DNA from: a virus
Lineage: Duplodnaviria > Caudoviricetes
DNA length: 64,000 nucleotides
IMG/VR virus record: IMGVR_UViG_3300007177_000042
Direction: 5' to 3' (one strand)
The position numbers and the translations under genes were made by a program. The notes beneath the pieces are model-generated. The model was not told the origin of the DNA. It saw only the letters and a program-made list of their open reading frames with translations, and made no database searches. Positions within the stretch are counted from its first letter, which is position 1; each line of letters opens with the position of its first letter. Below, piece by piece: positions 19,905 to 29,875 of the stretch.

Positions 19905-20974
19905 TTTAAACAGTAACGAAAAAAAGAGGTTGTTTTCTCTTTTTAACAACATGAAAGGAGAGGCCGTCACAGCAGAACTTAATACAAGTTTGAATAGCAA
20001 TGTTCTGTTGGTTGACGGCCTCTAGCGTCAACACTTTTATTAGAGCATATTCAGTTGTACCATCAATGAATGACGATGGTCTTCATACTGGCGGTATATC
20101 TGGATTTCTAAAAAGTGTTGGGTATGCTTTAAAACTATTGAATGCTTCTCGGTGCGTCATTGTATTTGACGGATCGGGTGGAAGCATGAAACGTAGAAAA
20201 ATTTATCCGGAGTACAAAGATAGAAAGAAAACTAAGCTCAGACTCAATAGAGCCTATACCGATCTATCCACCTCCGATTTGGAGGAGAAAAACCTCAAGG
20301 CACAGTTGATGAGGTCAATTCATTATTTGGATTGTCTTCCAGTCACAACTATGGCTATCGATCATATCGAAGCCGACGATGCGATTGCATACATTGCACA
20401 ACAGTATTACAAAGACGATACTAACGTGACAATTATGAGTGCAGATAAAGACTTTTTGCAACTCGCTGGGGATCGTATCCAGATATGGAGTCCTACCAAG
20501 AAAAAGTTGTATGGATGTGCTGAAATTATTAATGAATACGGTATCAACTGTAAGAACTTTATTTGGTATCGAGTCCTAGAAGGAGATGAATCCGACAACA
20601 TTGATGGTATTCATGGTGCTGGTCTTAAAACGATCATAAAGGCGTTTCCTTTTTTGGCAGAAGACAGACGAGTAGAATTAGACGAGATTTATACCCACGC
20701 TGAAAACAATCAGAGTAAGTATAAAATCTATAGAACAATTCTAGAAAACAAACATATTGTGGAACGTAATCATACGTTGATGCAATTGAAAGATACGGAG
20801 ATTCAAACGTTCTCACAACTTCGTATCAACGAAATATTGGATAAGCCAGTAAAAAAGCTGGACAGGTTCAATTTTTCCAAACTAATCACCGAAGATAAAA
20901 TGTGGAATAATATTCCCAATTATCAAGTATGGTTGAACGAAGCGTTTGGAAGATTAGACACCTTTGTGAGATAA
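19897..20974 (+). CDS. rnh: 5'-3' exonuclease/RNase H (T4 rnh/FEN-like), interrupted at 20023-20029
   Basis: Upstream part 19897-20025 MDNLNSNEKKRLFSLF...NVLLVDGL* and downstream frame NTFIRAY...VFDG..GS..RRKIYPEYK..R, EADDAIAY, SADKDFLQL, GDESDNIDGI together form a complete FEN-family enzyme. Confidence 0.85.
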
Positions 20975-21030
20975 TCTAAACAAAAAAACTATGCGCTACC
21001 ACAGGCGTAGTGTATACTAGAGGTAGATAT

Positions 21031-22428
21031 ATGAGTATTACTAAACAAACACAAGTCATTGATAATCTTAAGAAGTACGGAACAGAATTTCAGATCAAAT
21101 GCATATCGGGCATTTTAAGTGATAAAACGTTTCTAGAACGACTATCGGACATCATCGATCCAACGTCGTTTGAATCGGATGCCCAACAATGGATTGTACG
21201 AGAAACAGTGGCATACTTTATGGAATATAAAGACTTGCCTACTATGAACGTGTTTCGTGTCAAGGTTGATACAATCGAAAACGATCTGCTTAAGACAGCA
21301 GTCAAAGATCAACTGAGAAACGTGTATCAGAAAATTACAGACACCGATCTACAGTTTGTAAAAGAACAATATCTTGAGTTTTGTAAAAACCAAAAACTTA
21401 AAAACGCTATTGTTGAAAGTATCGACTTGTTGAAGGCAGGTAAATACGAAACGATCAAATCAGTAGTTGATTCTGCTCTTAAGGCTGGTATGGAGAGAAA
21501 CATCGGGCATGATTATATGACCGAAGTTGAGGACCGTATGAGTGTTATGGCTCGTAACACCGTGAAGACCAACTGGACCGAAATCGATACAATTATGGAC
21601 GGTGGACTTGCTGCTGGAGAGCTTGGAATTATTACTGCCTGTGCTGGTAGTGGTAAGAGTTGGGTATTGAGTAAATTGGGAGCCGAAGCCATGAAACAGG
21701 GTAAGAATGTTGTACATTATACTCTTGAATTGAACCAGAATTATGTAGGTCTACGATATGATTCTTGTTTCACAGGAATCGACTTCCAAAATATTAGAAA
21801 TCATGTGGATGTGGTTCGGGATAAGATTGCAAAGGTTCCGGGCAAACTGATTATCAAATATTTTCCTATCAAGACTGTTAGTGCTCATCATTTGAAATTG
21901 CACGTTGAACGTGTACAAATGCTTGGCACGAAAATTGACATGATTATCGTTGACTATGCTGATATTTTGAGACCATCTCAGAGTGATCGTAATAGTAACA
22001 GTTATAGCGAAGCCGGTGGTATATACGAAGAACTACGTGGCATTGCTGGCGAACTACAAGTTCCAATTTGGAGTGCGTCACAAAGCAACAGAGCTGCTAT
22101 GGATGAGGATATCATTCAAGCCAACAATATTTCAGATTCATACCGAAAGATTATGACTGCTGACTTTGTTATGTCACTCAGCCGTAAGGTTACCGATAAA
22201 GTTGCTAACACTGCACGGTTTCATATCATTAAGAACCGATTTGGACCGGATGGTTTGACTTTCCCAAGTCGCATGAATGCTGGTTGTGGAGATATTCAAA
22301 TTTTCTCCGAAAACTCAAAGGAGGGTATGTCAATCACCAACGAAATGGGTGACAGTGAGAATCTTGTTAAGAAAGCACTGGCTTCCAAGTGGAATGCACA
22401 TGTCAGTTCAATGGAAGACGAGGAGTGA
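21031..22428 (+). CDS. Replicative DNA helicase (DnaB/T4 gp41-like)
   Basis: GELGIITACAGSGKS Walker A, IIVDYAD, WSASQSNR, IIKNRFGPDG; ATG 21031 follows GAGGT. Confidence 0.92.
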   Translation: MSITKQTQVIDNLKKYGTEFQIKCISGILSDKTFLERLSDIIDPTSFESDAQQWIVRETVAYFMEYKDLPTMNVFRVKVDTIENDLLKTAVKDQLRNVYQKITDTDLQFVKEQYLEFCKNQKLKNAIVESIDLLKAGKYETIKSVVDSALKAGMERNIGHDYMTEVEDRMSVMARNTVKTNWTEIDTIMDGGLAAGELGIITACAGSGKSWVLSKLGAEAMKQGKNVVHYTLELNQNYVGLRYDSCFTGIDFQNIRNHVDVVRDKIAKVPGKLIIKYFPIKTVSAHHLKLHVERVQMLGTKIDMIIVDYADILRPSQSDRNSNSYSEAGGIYEELRGIAGELQVPIWSASQSNRAAMDEDIIQANNISDSYRKIMTADFVMSLSRKVTDKVANTARFHIIKNRFGPDGLTFPSRMNAGCGDIQIFSENSKEGMSITNEMGDSENLVKKALASKWNAHVSSMEDEE

Positions 22429-22540
22429 TCTATATCACGGTCACAGACAAAAGCTACAGAGTTAAGTAAAATTTTCAAACTTTTTTTTGTATAAACCGTG
22501 ATGTAAAACACATACTTATTTGTTACCGAAATTTTAGTTT

Positions 22541-24841
22541 ATGAACAAAGAAATTTTCATTAAGAAGCGAACAGGAAAACAAGAAAAGTTTAACGCAGAT
22601 AAAATTAACAAAGTTCTTCAATGGGCTACCGAAGATATTAAAGGTGTTAGTTTTGAAGAAGTTGCTATGAACGCACGTTTGTCGTTCTTCGATGGTATGA
22701 CTACCGAGAACATTCATAGTATGTTGATTGAAGCCGCTGCAAATTTGATAAGCATAGAAAAACCTAATTATCAATACGTTGCTTCACGTTTGTTAAATTA
22801 TCAACTTCGCAAGAAAGTCTGGGGTGGAAAAAACGCACCCAAGTTGTACGACCTTGTAAAGAAAAATATTGAATCGTTAGTATATGACGAGTCTATTTTG
22901 GATTGGTATTCTAAAAACGAGTTCAATAAGATCGACGAATATTTGAAACACGATAGAGATTTTGATTTCACATATGCTGGTATTAAACAATTGTGTGACA
23001 AGTATTTGATCCAGAATCGAAGCACCAAAGAAATCTACGAAACACCGCAGTTCGCGTATATGCTTATTGCTATGACATTTTTCAAAGACTACAAAGAGAA
23101 CAGACTTGAATATGTCAAAAAAGCGTACAATTATTTTAGCAAACATAAGATTAATCTTCCAACCCCTATTATGGCGGGCGTTCGATCTGTAATGAAGAGT
23201 TACGCATCATGCTCGTTGTTTACAGTTGATGATGATCTACGTAGTATTTTTAGCAACAACAGCGCTGTAGGATTTGCTACTGCTAGTCGTTATGGCATTG
23301 GATTAAACTTGTCACGTCTTCGTGCTACAAACGCTCCAATTCGTAATGGTGAGGTTATTCATACCGGTCCAATTCCATTTAGCAAGGCGTTTGAATCGAC
23401 TGTAAAGAGTTGTCATCAAAACGGAATTCGTGGTGGAAGCGCCACGGTGAACTTTGCTTGGTTCCATTACGATATCATGGATATTATGGTATTGAAGAAT
23501 AACGCAGGAACTGACGATAATCGCGTTCGCAAACTCGATTATTGTATTGGTCTTGACAAACTGATTTTTGAACGATTTATCCAAAACAAAGACGTTACAT
23601 TATTTAGTTATCATGAGTGTCCAAGTCTCTGGAATAACTTCGGGTTGCCAGGATTCCGTGAATTGTATGAAAAAGCCGAAGCTAACAAAAACATCAAGTT
23701 CAAGAAAAAAGTTTCTGCTCGTGAATTGATGGGACTACTTGCAAAGGAACGACTAGAAACTGGTCGTATTTACACAATGTTTGTGGATCATGCAAACGAA
23801 CATGGAAGCTGGTTGGATCAGGTTGACACTAGTAATCTTTGTTTGGAAGTAAATCACCCGTTGACACCGATCTATGATGTCAATGACAAAAATGGAGAAA
23901 TCGGAGTGTGTATCTTGGCTGCTCTGAACTGGCTTGAAATCAAAGACGACGAAGAAATGGAAAGCGTGTGTGACATCATTGTGAGAATGCTTGACTCGTT
24001 GATTGAACATCAAAACTACTTTGTTCCTGCTGCAGAAAACTTTGCAAAGAAACGTAGAAGTCTAGGTGTTGGTGTAAGCAATCTTGCTGCCTTGCTTGCG
24101 AAGAACGAATTGAAATATTGGGATCCAAAGGCACCAAATCTTGTAGCACAGTGGATGGAAAAGACCAGTTATTATCTTATAAAAGCAAGTGTTGCGATGG
24201 CTAAAGAATATGGTCCTTGTGAAAAGTTTGATAGAACCAAGTTTAGCAAGGGTGTATTGCCAATTGACACATACAAGAGAGACATTGATGAATTTGTAAC
24301 ACAACCTCTCAGTATGAATTGGGAAGATCTACGTGAAGATATCAAGAAATATGGAATGAGACACAGTACGTTGACGGCTTGTATGCCTGTCGAATCTAGT
24401 AGTGTAATTCAAAGTTCTACTAACGGTATTGAACCTCCTCGTAGTTTGATCAGTTACAAAGGCAGCAAGAGTAATATTTTGCCAGTCGTTGTGCCTGGTA
24501 TTGACAAATATAGTGAACATTATACGTTTGCTTTTGACATGCCAAATAACGAGGGATATCTTAAGGTAGCGGCTGCAATTCAAAAGTTCACTGATATGAG
24601 TATCAGTGTAAATACTTACTATATTCCTTCTCGATATGATAAGAACAAAGTACCAGTCGAAGCTGTTATCAAGGACATATTGTTGGCTTACAAATATGGA
24701 TTGAAAAATTTGTATTACGCCAACACAGACGATGGAGACAAACAAACCGCTATGGACGCGGGCGAAAAAGCACAGAAAGTTACAACAAACAACCAAACCG
24801 ACGAACAATCCGGGTGCGCAAGTGGTGCTTGTGCCTTGTAA
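22541..24841 (+). CDS. nrdA: Class Ia ribonucleotide reductase alpha subunit
   Basis: N-terminal ATP cone, PTPIMAGVR, SCSL, SNLCLE, GVCILAALN, MPVESSS, C-terminal CASGAC. Confidence 0.97.
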   Translation: MNKEIFIKKRTGKQEKFNADKINKVLQWATEDIKGVSFEEVAMNARLSFFDGMTTENIHSMLIEAAANLISIEKPNYQYVASRLLNYQLRKKVWGGKNAPKLYDLVKKNIESLVYDESILDWYSKNEFNKIDEYLKHDRDFDFTYAGIKQLCDKYLIQNRSTKEIYETPQFAYMLIAMTFFKDYKENRLEYVKKAYNYFSKHKINLPTPIMAGVRSVMKSYASCSLFTVDDDLRSIFSNNSAVGFATASRYGIGLNLSRLRATNAPIRNGEVIHTGPIPFSKAFESTVKSCHQNGIRGGSATVNFAWFHYDIMDIMVLKNNAGTDDNRVRKLDYCIGLDKLIFERFIQNKDVTLFSYHECPSLWNNFGLPGFRELYEKAEANKNIKFKKKVSARELMGLLAKERLETGRIYTMFVDHANEHGSWLDQVDTSNLCLEVNHPLTPIYDVNDKNGEIGVCILAALNWLEIKDDEEMESVCDIIVRMLDSLIEHQNYFVPAAENFAKKRRSLGVGVSNLAALLAKNELKYWDPKAPNLVAQWMEKTSYYLIKASVAMAKEYGPCEKFDRTKFSKGVLPIDTYKRDIDEFVTQPLSMNWEDLREDIKKYGMRHSTLTACMPVESSSVIQSSTNGIEPPRSLISYKGSKSNILPVVVPGIDKYSEHYTFAFDMPNNEGYLKVAAAIQKFTDMSISVNTYYIPSRYDKNKVPVEAVIKDILLAYKYGLKNLYYANTDDGDKQTAMDAGEKAQKVTTNNQTDEQSGCASGACAL

Positions 24842-24848
24842 AGGAAAT

Positions 24849-25913
24849 ATGAAAACCGTACTAAATAAAGTGAATATTGATCAATTAAGAAATCCAATGT
24901 TCTTTGGAGAGGATTTATCTCTTCAAAGATACGATCAAATCAAATATCCAAAATTCTATGAGTTGTATGATCAACAATTGAATTTCTTTTGGAGACCACA
25001 AGAAGTATCGTTGGTCAAAGACATCAGCGATTACAAAGCGTTGTCGGACGAAGAAAGATTCGTTTTTGATAGTAACCTGAAGTTTCAGACTATGACCGAT
25101 TCTATGTTGAGTCGTAGTATTCATGAACTGATGAAATACGTAACGAATCCCGAACTAGAGATTTGTATGAATACGTGGAGTTTCTTTGAGACTATCCACA
25201 GCAACAGTTACACGTATATTCTCAACAATGTATATCCGGATGCTACTAAGTTCTTTAATAGTATTTTGGAGGACAAAGAAATTGTCAAACGAGCCACCGC
25301 TATTAGTGAAAAGTATGACAGACTGTTGGGATATGACGGCACAAAGGATCCTAAGCAACAATTGTTTGATGCAGTCTTATCAACACAGATCACCGAAGGG
25401 TTGATTTTTTATGTGTCATTTGCATGTAGTTTCTATTTCGGATATCGTGGTAAAATGGAAGGTAATGCTAAAATCATCAAGTTTATCAGCCGTGACGAAA
25501 ATCTTCATGTAGCTATCACACAAAATATCATGAAGAATTGGATCAACAATCCAGATGAAGGATTCCAAGATCTAGTCAAGAAAAACGAAGACAAGGTGTA
25601 CGAAGCATATAAAATTGCAGTGGAAGCCGAAAAGGATTGGGCAGAGTATTTGTTCAGCAGAGGAAATCTAGTGGGATTAACCTCTGATAGTCTAAAACAC
25701 TATATTGAGTGGTTGGCAAACAATAGACTGTCGAGTCTTGGATATAAGAAGATCTATGCTGATGCAAAAACCAATCCTTTGGCTGGATGGTTGGATAGTT
25801 ACTATGATAGCAAAAAGTTACAAGTAGCACCACAAGAAACTGAACTCAGCAGTTATGTTAAAGGTGTGGACAGCACTATATCGGATTCGACGTTTGCTGA
25901 TTTCAAACTTTGA
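24849..25913 (+). CDS. nrdB: Class Ia ribonucleotide reductase beta subunit (start ATG 24849, MKTVLN)
   Basis: FFWRPQEVSL, FETIHSNSYTYI, TEGLIFYVSFA, ISRDENLH, VAPQETE; preceded by AAGGA. Confidence 0.97.
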   Translation: MKTVLNKVNIDQLRNPMFFGEDLSLQRYDQIKYPKFYELYDQQLNFFWRPQEVSLVKDISDYKALSDEERFVFDSNLKFQTMTDSMLSRSIHELMKYVTNPELEICMNTWSFFETIHSNSYTYILNNVYPDATKFFNSILEDKEIVKRATAISEKYDRLLGYDGTKDPKQQLFDAVLSTQITEGLIFYVSFACSFYFGYRGKMEGNAKIIKFISRDENLHVAITQNIMKNWINNPDEGFQDLVKKNEDKVYEAYKIAVEAEKDWAEYLFSRGNLVGLTSDSLKHYIEWLANNRLSSLGYKKIYADAKTNPLAGWLDSYYDSKKLQVAPQETELSSYVKGVDSTISDSTFADFKL

Positions 25914-25927
25914 TAGTGGTAATATAT

Positions 25928-25960
25928 AAAGAACACCTTTTAAACGAGGTGTTCTTTTTT
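25928..25960 (+). terminator. Intrinsic terminator after nrdB
   Basis: AAAGAACACCT-TTTAAACG-AGGTGTTCTTT plus T-tract. Confidence 0.85.
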
Positions 25961-25998
25961 TGTTTTTATATGTAACCCACATATATTTATTCCTATAT

Positions 25999-26670
25999 AT
26001 GAAACTTGATGATCTACGTAAACTTGTAAAAGAAGAGCTTCAATCTGCTTTGGTTGAAAAACAAAAAATCACAGAAACGATGAAATTTAAGTCTGCATTA
26101 AAGAAAATCATAGCAGAAGTATTAGAGGATCGTCGTAAAGAATTTGAAAAAACTTGTGTAGAAATTGCTGAAGAATTGGATAAAGAAGCCAAAAAGATCA
26201 ACAAATCATATAGTGTAACAAAAAACGACGCTGGCAATTTTGAACTTTGTGGATGTGAACCACATCACATTTTTGTTCGTCCTCGTTGGAACAACAATTT
26301 CGAAGTTCTTGCCTATAAAGATAAATCAGACAGAACAAAGAAGATCGGGTTGTCATATGAAGATGTTGTCAAGTTCATCAAAGAAACATTGACTTCCGAA
26401 CAAGACAATTACGTGGATGCTGCATATAACAAAGCAGCTGAAAACAGTGTTGATAAGGAAAAGAAAAAGAATCAAGGCGATAAGCCACAAGAAACCGATG
26501 AAAAGGTAGTCGATGCTGTAGAAAAGAAAGAAGACCTACCTGACCAACCAATGCAAGATGTAAATATCAAGAAGGTTGAAAAACAATCGGATCATTCTTT
26601 GAAGGGTGAAAAAGCCAAATACAAATATCCTAAACAAACGGATGACGATTTGACAGTCAAGTTCAAGTAA
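25999..26670 (+). CDS. Hypothetical, probably virion-associated protein (start ATG 25999, MKLDDLRKLVKEE)
   Basis: TATTTATT at 25984-25991; duplicated LRKLVKEEL/LKKIIAEVL helix; charged C-terminal half. Confidence 0.6.
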   Translation: MKLDDLRKLVKEELQSALVEKQKITETMKFKSALKKIIAEVLEDRRKEFEKTCVEIAEELDKEAKKINKSYSVTKNDAGNFELCGCEPHHIFVRPRWNNNFEVLAYKDKSDRTKKIGLSYEDVVKFIKETLTSEQDNYVDAAYNKAAENSVDKEKKKNQGDKPQETDEKVVDAVEKKEDLPDQPMQDVNIKKVEKQSDHSLKGEKAKYKYPKQTDDDLTVKFK

Positions 26671-26693
26671 ATAGTTGAAAACAAATAGTTTAG

Positions 26694-26724
26694 AAAAACC
26701 GCTGGCGATGTCCAGCGGTTTTTT
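26694..26724 (+). terminator. Intrinsic (likely bidirectional) terminator
   Basis: AAAAACCGCTGG-CGATGT-CCAGCGGTTTTT perfect 12-bp stem. Confidence 0.88.
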
Positions 26725-26725
26725 G

Positions 26726-26754
26726 TTGACTTTGGACCCGACTTGATATAAAGT
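26726..26754 (+). promoter_or_regulatory. Sigma70-type promoter TTGACT-N17-TAAAGT
   Basis: Directly after the terminator and upstream of the AAA gene. Confidence 0.65.
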
Positions 26755-26775
26755 GATGTCGGAATAAATACTAAA

Positions 26776-27711
26776 ATGAACATCACTCAAACACTCAAAG
26801 ACTCTATCAATCTGAAGCCGGACAACCTTATCATTTCCGACACCAAGTGGAAGTATCTGGTCCGATCAACAATCTACGGAAAGAACATTCTAATGGTTGG
26901 CCCAACGGGCTGTGGAAAAACTCTTGTGGCACAGTCTCTTGCAAAGGTCTTGAATAAGAAGTATTTCTATTTCAACATGGGTGCTACCCAAGACGCTCGT
27001 AGTTCGTTGATTGGTAATACCAACTTCGACAAAAACACCGGTACCGTGTTTAATGAGTCAACTTTTGTACGGGCTATTAAGACGCCAGGAGCTGTTATTC
27101 TCTTGGACGAGATTAGTCGAGCCCACCACGATGCTTGGAACATTTTGATGACGGTTCTGGATCCTCTTCAACGATACCTCCGACTCGATGAAAAGCGTGA
27201 CAATGAGGTTATTTCCGTTGCTGACGGGGTTACCTTTGTTGGTACCGCTAACATTGGAAATGAGTATACCGCTACCCGAGTCATGGATAGGGCACTCATG
27301 AACCGATTTCCAGTCAAGATTGAGATGGATTTTCTTACAAAGGAGGAAGAACTCAACTTGATGGTCAAAAAGTATAATGTTGATACAAACGATGCTAATG
27401 TTTTCAACACTATTAGCGCAATTTGTGACATTGCTTCACACACCCGTTCTCAAGTTAAGCTTGATGATGGAAAATTGAGCAACTTTTTGTCTACCCGAAG
27501 TGTTGGTGAAATGACCGAACTCATCAACGATGGGTTTTCACTGGCAGAAATTGCTGAGGCAGCAATCTATCCTGAATTTTCCAATGATGGCGGTGTTGAA
27601 AGTGAACGAACCTATGTGAAACAGTTGGTTCAAAAGTACATTCACGTCAACAATACCGACAAGAAACTGTTCAACGATCTAATGACCACTGTTAACGCCC
27701 CTCCATTTTAA
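26776..27711 (+). CDS. MoxR/CbbQ/CobS-type AAA+ ATPase
   Basis: GPTGCGKT Walker A, ILLDEISRA Walker B, VGTANIG, DRALMNRF. Confidence 0.88.
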   Translation: MNITQTLKDSINLKPDNLIISDTKWKYLVRSTIYGKNILMVGPTGCGKTLVAQSLAKVLNKKYFYFNMGATQDARSSLIGNTNFDKNTGTVFNESTFVRAIKTPGAVILLDEISRAHHDAWNILMTVLDPLQRYLRLDEKRDNEVISVADGVTFVGTANIGNEYTATRVMDRALMNRFPVKIEMDFLTKEEELNLMVKKYNVDTNDANVFNTISAICDIASHTRSQVKLDDGKLSNFLSTRSVGEMTELINDGFSLAEIAEAAIYPEFSNDGGVESERTYVKQLVQKYIHVNNTDKKLFNDLMTTVNAPPF

Positions 27712-27717
27712 AAGTCA

Positions 27718-27746
27718 TTGACTTTTGATAAAATCTGGAGCATAAT
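27718..27746 (+). promoter_or_regulatory. Sigma70-type promoter TTGACT-N17-CATAAT, leaderless
   Basis: ATG 27753 lies 6 nt after the -10 box. Confidence 0.75.
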
Positions 27747-27752
27747 GACGAT

Positions 27753-29867
27753 ATGAAATCAAAGACAAACAACGTTTACTCCGATTTTTGGTTGGATGAC
27801 TTCGACATCGAACCAGATGTCGAGGGAACTAATTCGATGGATACTCGACGCATGATTAAAATGAGCATGGCACGTCGAGCCATTTCCAATTTTGTTAACA
27901 TTCTTACAAACAAGACCATTCCGGTCATTTTCAATTCTTCTGATCAAAACATGACGGATGGAAAAACCGTATTTCTATCCGCTGATATTGCTGAGACAAA
28001 AGATTTTGATCCAGCGGTGGGTCTTGCTCTGCACGAAGGTTCACATGTGTATCTTACAGACTTTGATATTCTCCATACGATCTGGCAAAATATTCCCAGA
28101 TCGTTGTATAACATCGCAGAATCAAAGGGATACTCAAAATCCGATGTAGCGGACTTTGTTAAAAGGGTCTTCAACTACGTTGAGGATCGTTATATTGATA
28201 ATTTCATCTACAGTACTGCGCCGGGATATCGTGGATATTACAAGTCGCTGTATGATAAATACTTTCACAACGATAAAATCGCTATCATGTTGAAATCACA
28301 GATGTTTCGTGTTCCTACACTAGTTGCGTATGATGCACGACTCATTAACCTGACCAACGAGTTTACCGATCTTGATGCTTTGCCTGGTCTTCGCGATATT
28401 GCCAAGACCATCGATTTGCAAAATATTGATCGTCTAAAAATGACCGCTGATCGTTTCAACGTTGCATTGGAGGTCTGTGAAATCATTTACAAAAATGTCA
28501 ACGACTACGACGATGTTGATTCTTCAACTTTGGGTCAATCGTCACAGATTATGAGTGGTACTGGAACTGGATCACAAACCAGCGGATCAATCACGGTTTT
28601 GGTAGAGGATTCCGACGATACATCAACCGATAATAACTCTGACAACGACGATCAATCCGCTGATGATATCCTAGGCGGAGGAAATGCATCTATAGACAGG
28701 CCAAAGGTCGAAGACTCCACTGAATTGAAGAAGAAAAAAGAAGATATTGATGACAATAACAGTGGAATTTCCAAGACAAACCGTGATGCTATCTATCGTG
28801 CATTGAAGAAGCAACATGTTTTTATCGAAGGTGATCTCAAGAAAAAGAAAGTCACTGCAAAAGAAAACGAGGTACTTATTCAACTTGAAAAGTCGGGCGT
28901 CCAAATCGTGGATGTTGGAATGAAACTTGGCGATAAACAAACTATTACCAAGGGAGTCGAATGTATCATATTCAAGAATGTGACAAAAGAACTGTTGATG
29001 TCGGGTACATTTCCATGTCGTAATTATTCTCACGACGGCACACCGTCGCTTGAATTGTTAAATGCTGTAAACCGTGGCATCCAGCTTGGAGTTTTGCTAG
29101 GTCGTAGACTCAAAGTCAGAAGCGAAGTCAATGTTACCAAGTATATGAGAAAGACAGTTGGTAAAATTGATCGTCGTGTTTTGTCTGAACTTGGATTTGA
29201 AAATGAAAATGTCTTTTACAAAATGGACGTTGACAAGTTTAAGTCCGTAAAGCTTCATATTTCGATTGATGCTAGTTCCAGTATGACTGGAGAAAAGTGG
29301 ATCAACGCTATTACAACCGTCACTGCTATCTGCAAAGCAGCCTCTATGATCAATAACCTTGAGGTGATGGTTAGCCTTCGTTCAACCACCAATTCTGGAA
29401 AGTCCCTGCCTTGTGTTGACATCGTGTATGATTCTAGTAAGGACTCGTTTACGAAGGTAAAAACGACGTTTCCATACTTGTATCCTCATGGAAGCACCCC
29501 CGAAGGATTGTGTTATGAAGCAATTATGGATTATTTGGGCGAACCTAACAGTGAAAGCGACTATTACTTTCTGAACTTTTCAGATGGACAACCCGCTTAT
29601 GCATATTTTGACGGTTCACATAACATATCCTATGATTATCAGTCGGGCGGCCAACACACCCGACGCATGGTCAATGAGATTAGAAACCGTGGATATAAGG
29701 TGTTGTCATATTTTATCAGCGAATCTAGATATCGAGGGATGTTTATCAACAATAACGAAGAAGTTTGTTTTAAGCTGATGTATGGTACCGATGCCAAGTT
29801 CATCGATGTCACCAATATTATTGGTGTGGCAAATACTATGAATCAACTTTTTCTGTCAAAGGCATGA
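27753..29867 (+). CDS. vWA-domain protein with N-terminal HExxH metallopeptidase-like domain (CobT-like partner of the AAA ATPase)
   Basis: GLALHEGSH and NYVEDRYID; acidic linker; MIDAS motif ISIDASSSM, GSTPEG, NFSDGQP. Confidence 0.85.
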   Translation: MKSKTNNVYSDFWLDDFDIEPDVEGTNSMDTRRMIKMSMARRAISNFVNILTNKTIPVIFNSSDQNMTDGKTVFLSADIAETKDFDPAVGLALHEGSHVYLTDFDILHTIWQNIPRSLYNIAESKGYSKSDVADFVKRVFNYVEDRYIDNFIYSTAPGYRGYYKSLYDKYFHNDKIAIMLKSQMFRVPTLVAYDARLINLTNEFTDLDALPGLRDIAKTIDLQNIDRLKMTADRFNVALEVCEIIYKNVNDYDDVDSSTLGQSSQIMSGTGTGSQTSGSITVLVEDSDDTSTDNNSDNDDQSADDILGGGNASIDRPKVEDSTELKKKKEDIDDNNSGISKTNRDAIYRALKKQHVFIEGDLKKKKVTAKENEVLIQLEKSGVQIVDVGMKLGDKQTITKGVECIIFKNVTKELLMSGTFPCRNYSHDGTPSLELLNAVNRGIQLGVLLGRRLKVRSEVNVTKYMRKTVGKIDRRVLSELGFENENVFYKMDVDKFKSVKLHISIDASSSMTGEKWINAITTVTAICKAASMINNLEVMVSLRSTTNSGKSLPCVDIVYDSSKDSFTKVKTTFPYLYPHGSTPEGLCYEAIMDYLGEPNSESDYYFLNFSDGQPAYAYFDGSHNISYDYQSGGQHTRRMVNEIRNRGYKVLSYFISESRYRGMFINNNEEVCFKLMYGTDAKFIDVTNIIGVANTMNQLFLSKA

Positions 29868-29875
29868 AATTTCAG

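Noticed and set aside
20023-20025. TAG-to-Gln genome recoding as the explanation of the rnh break
   Set aside because: Readthrough stays in the wrong frame (TAG CGT CAA CAC TTT TAT TAG); other long genes are intact in code 11 and TAG acts as a stop at 43084 and 58670
20000-20029. ORF-track start ATG 20000 (MFCWLTASSV) as the true RNase H start
   Set aside because: It omits the beta-strand and first catalytic Asp (VLLVDG), which are encoded in the other frame from ATG 19897
22508-22523. NrdR box upstream of nrdA
   Set aside because: ACACATACTTATTTGT matches the consensus poorly in the core and has no tandem partner
24732-24848. N-terminal extension of nrdB overlapping nrdA
   Set aside because: ATG 24849 follows AAGGA just after the nrdA stop and gives a normal NrdB N-terminus
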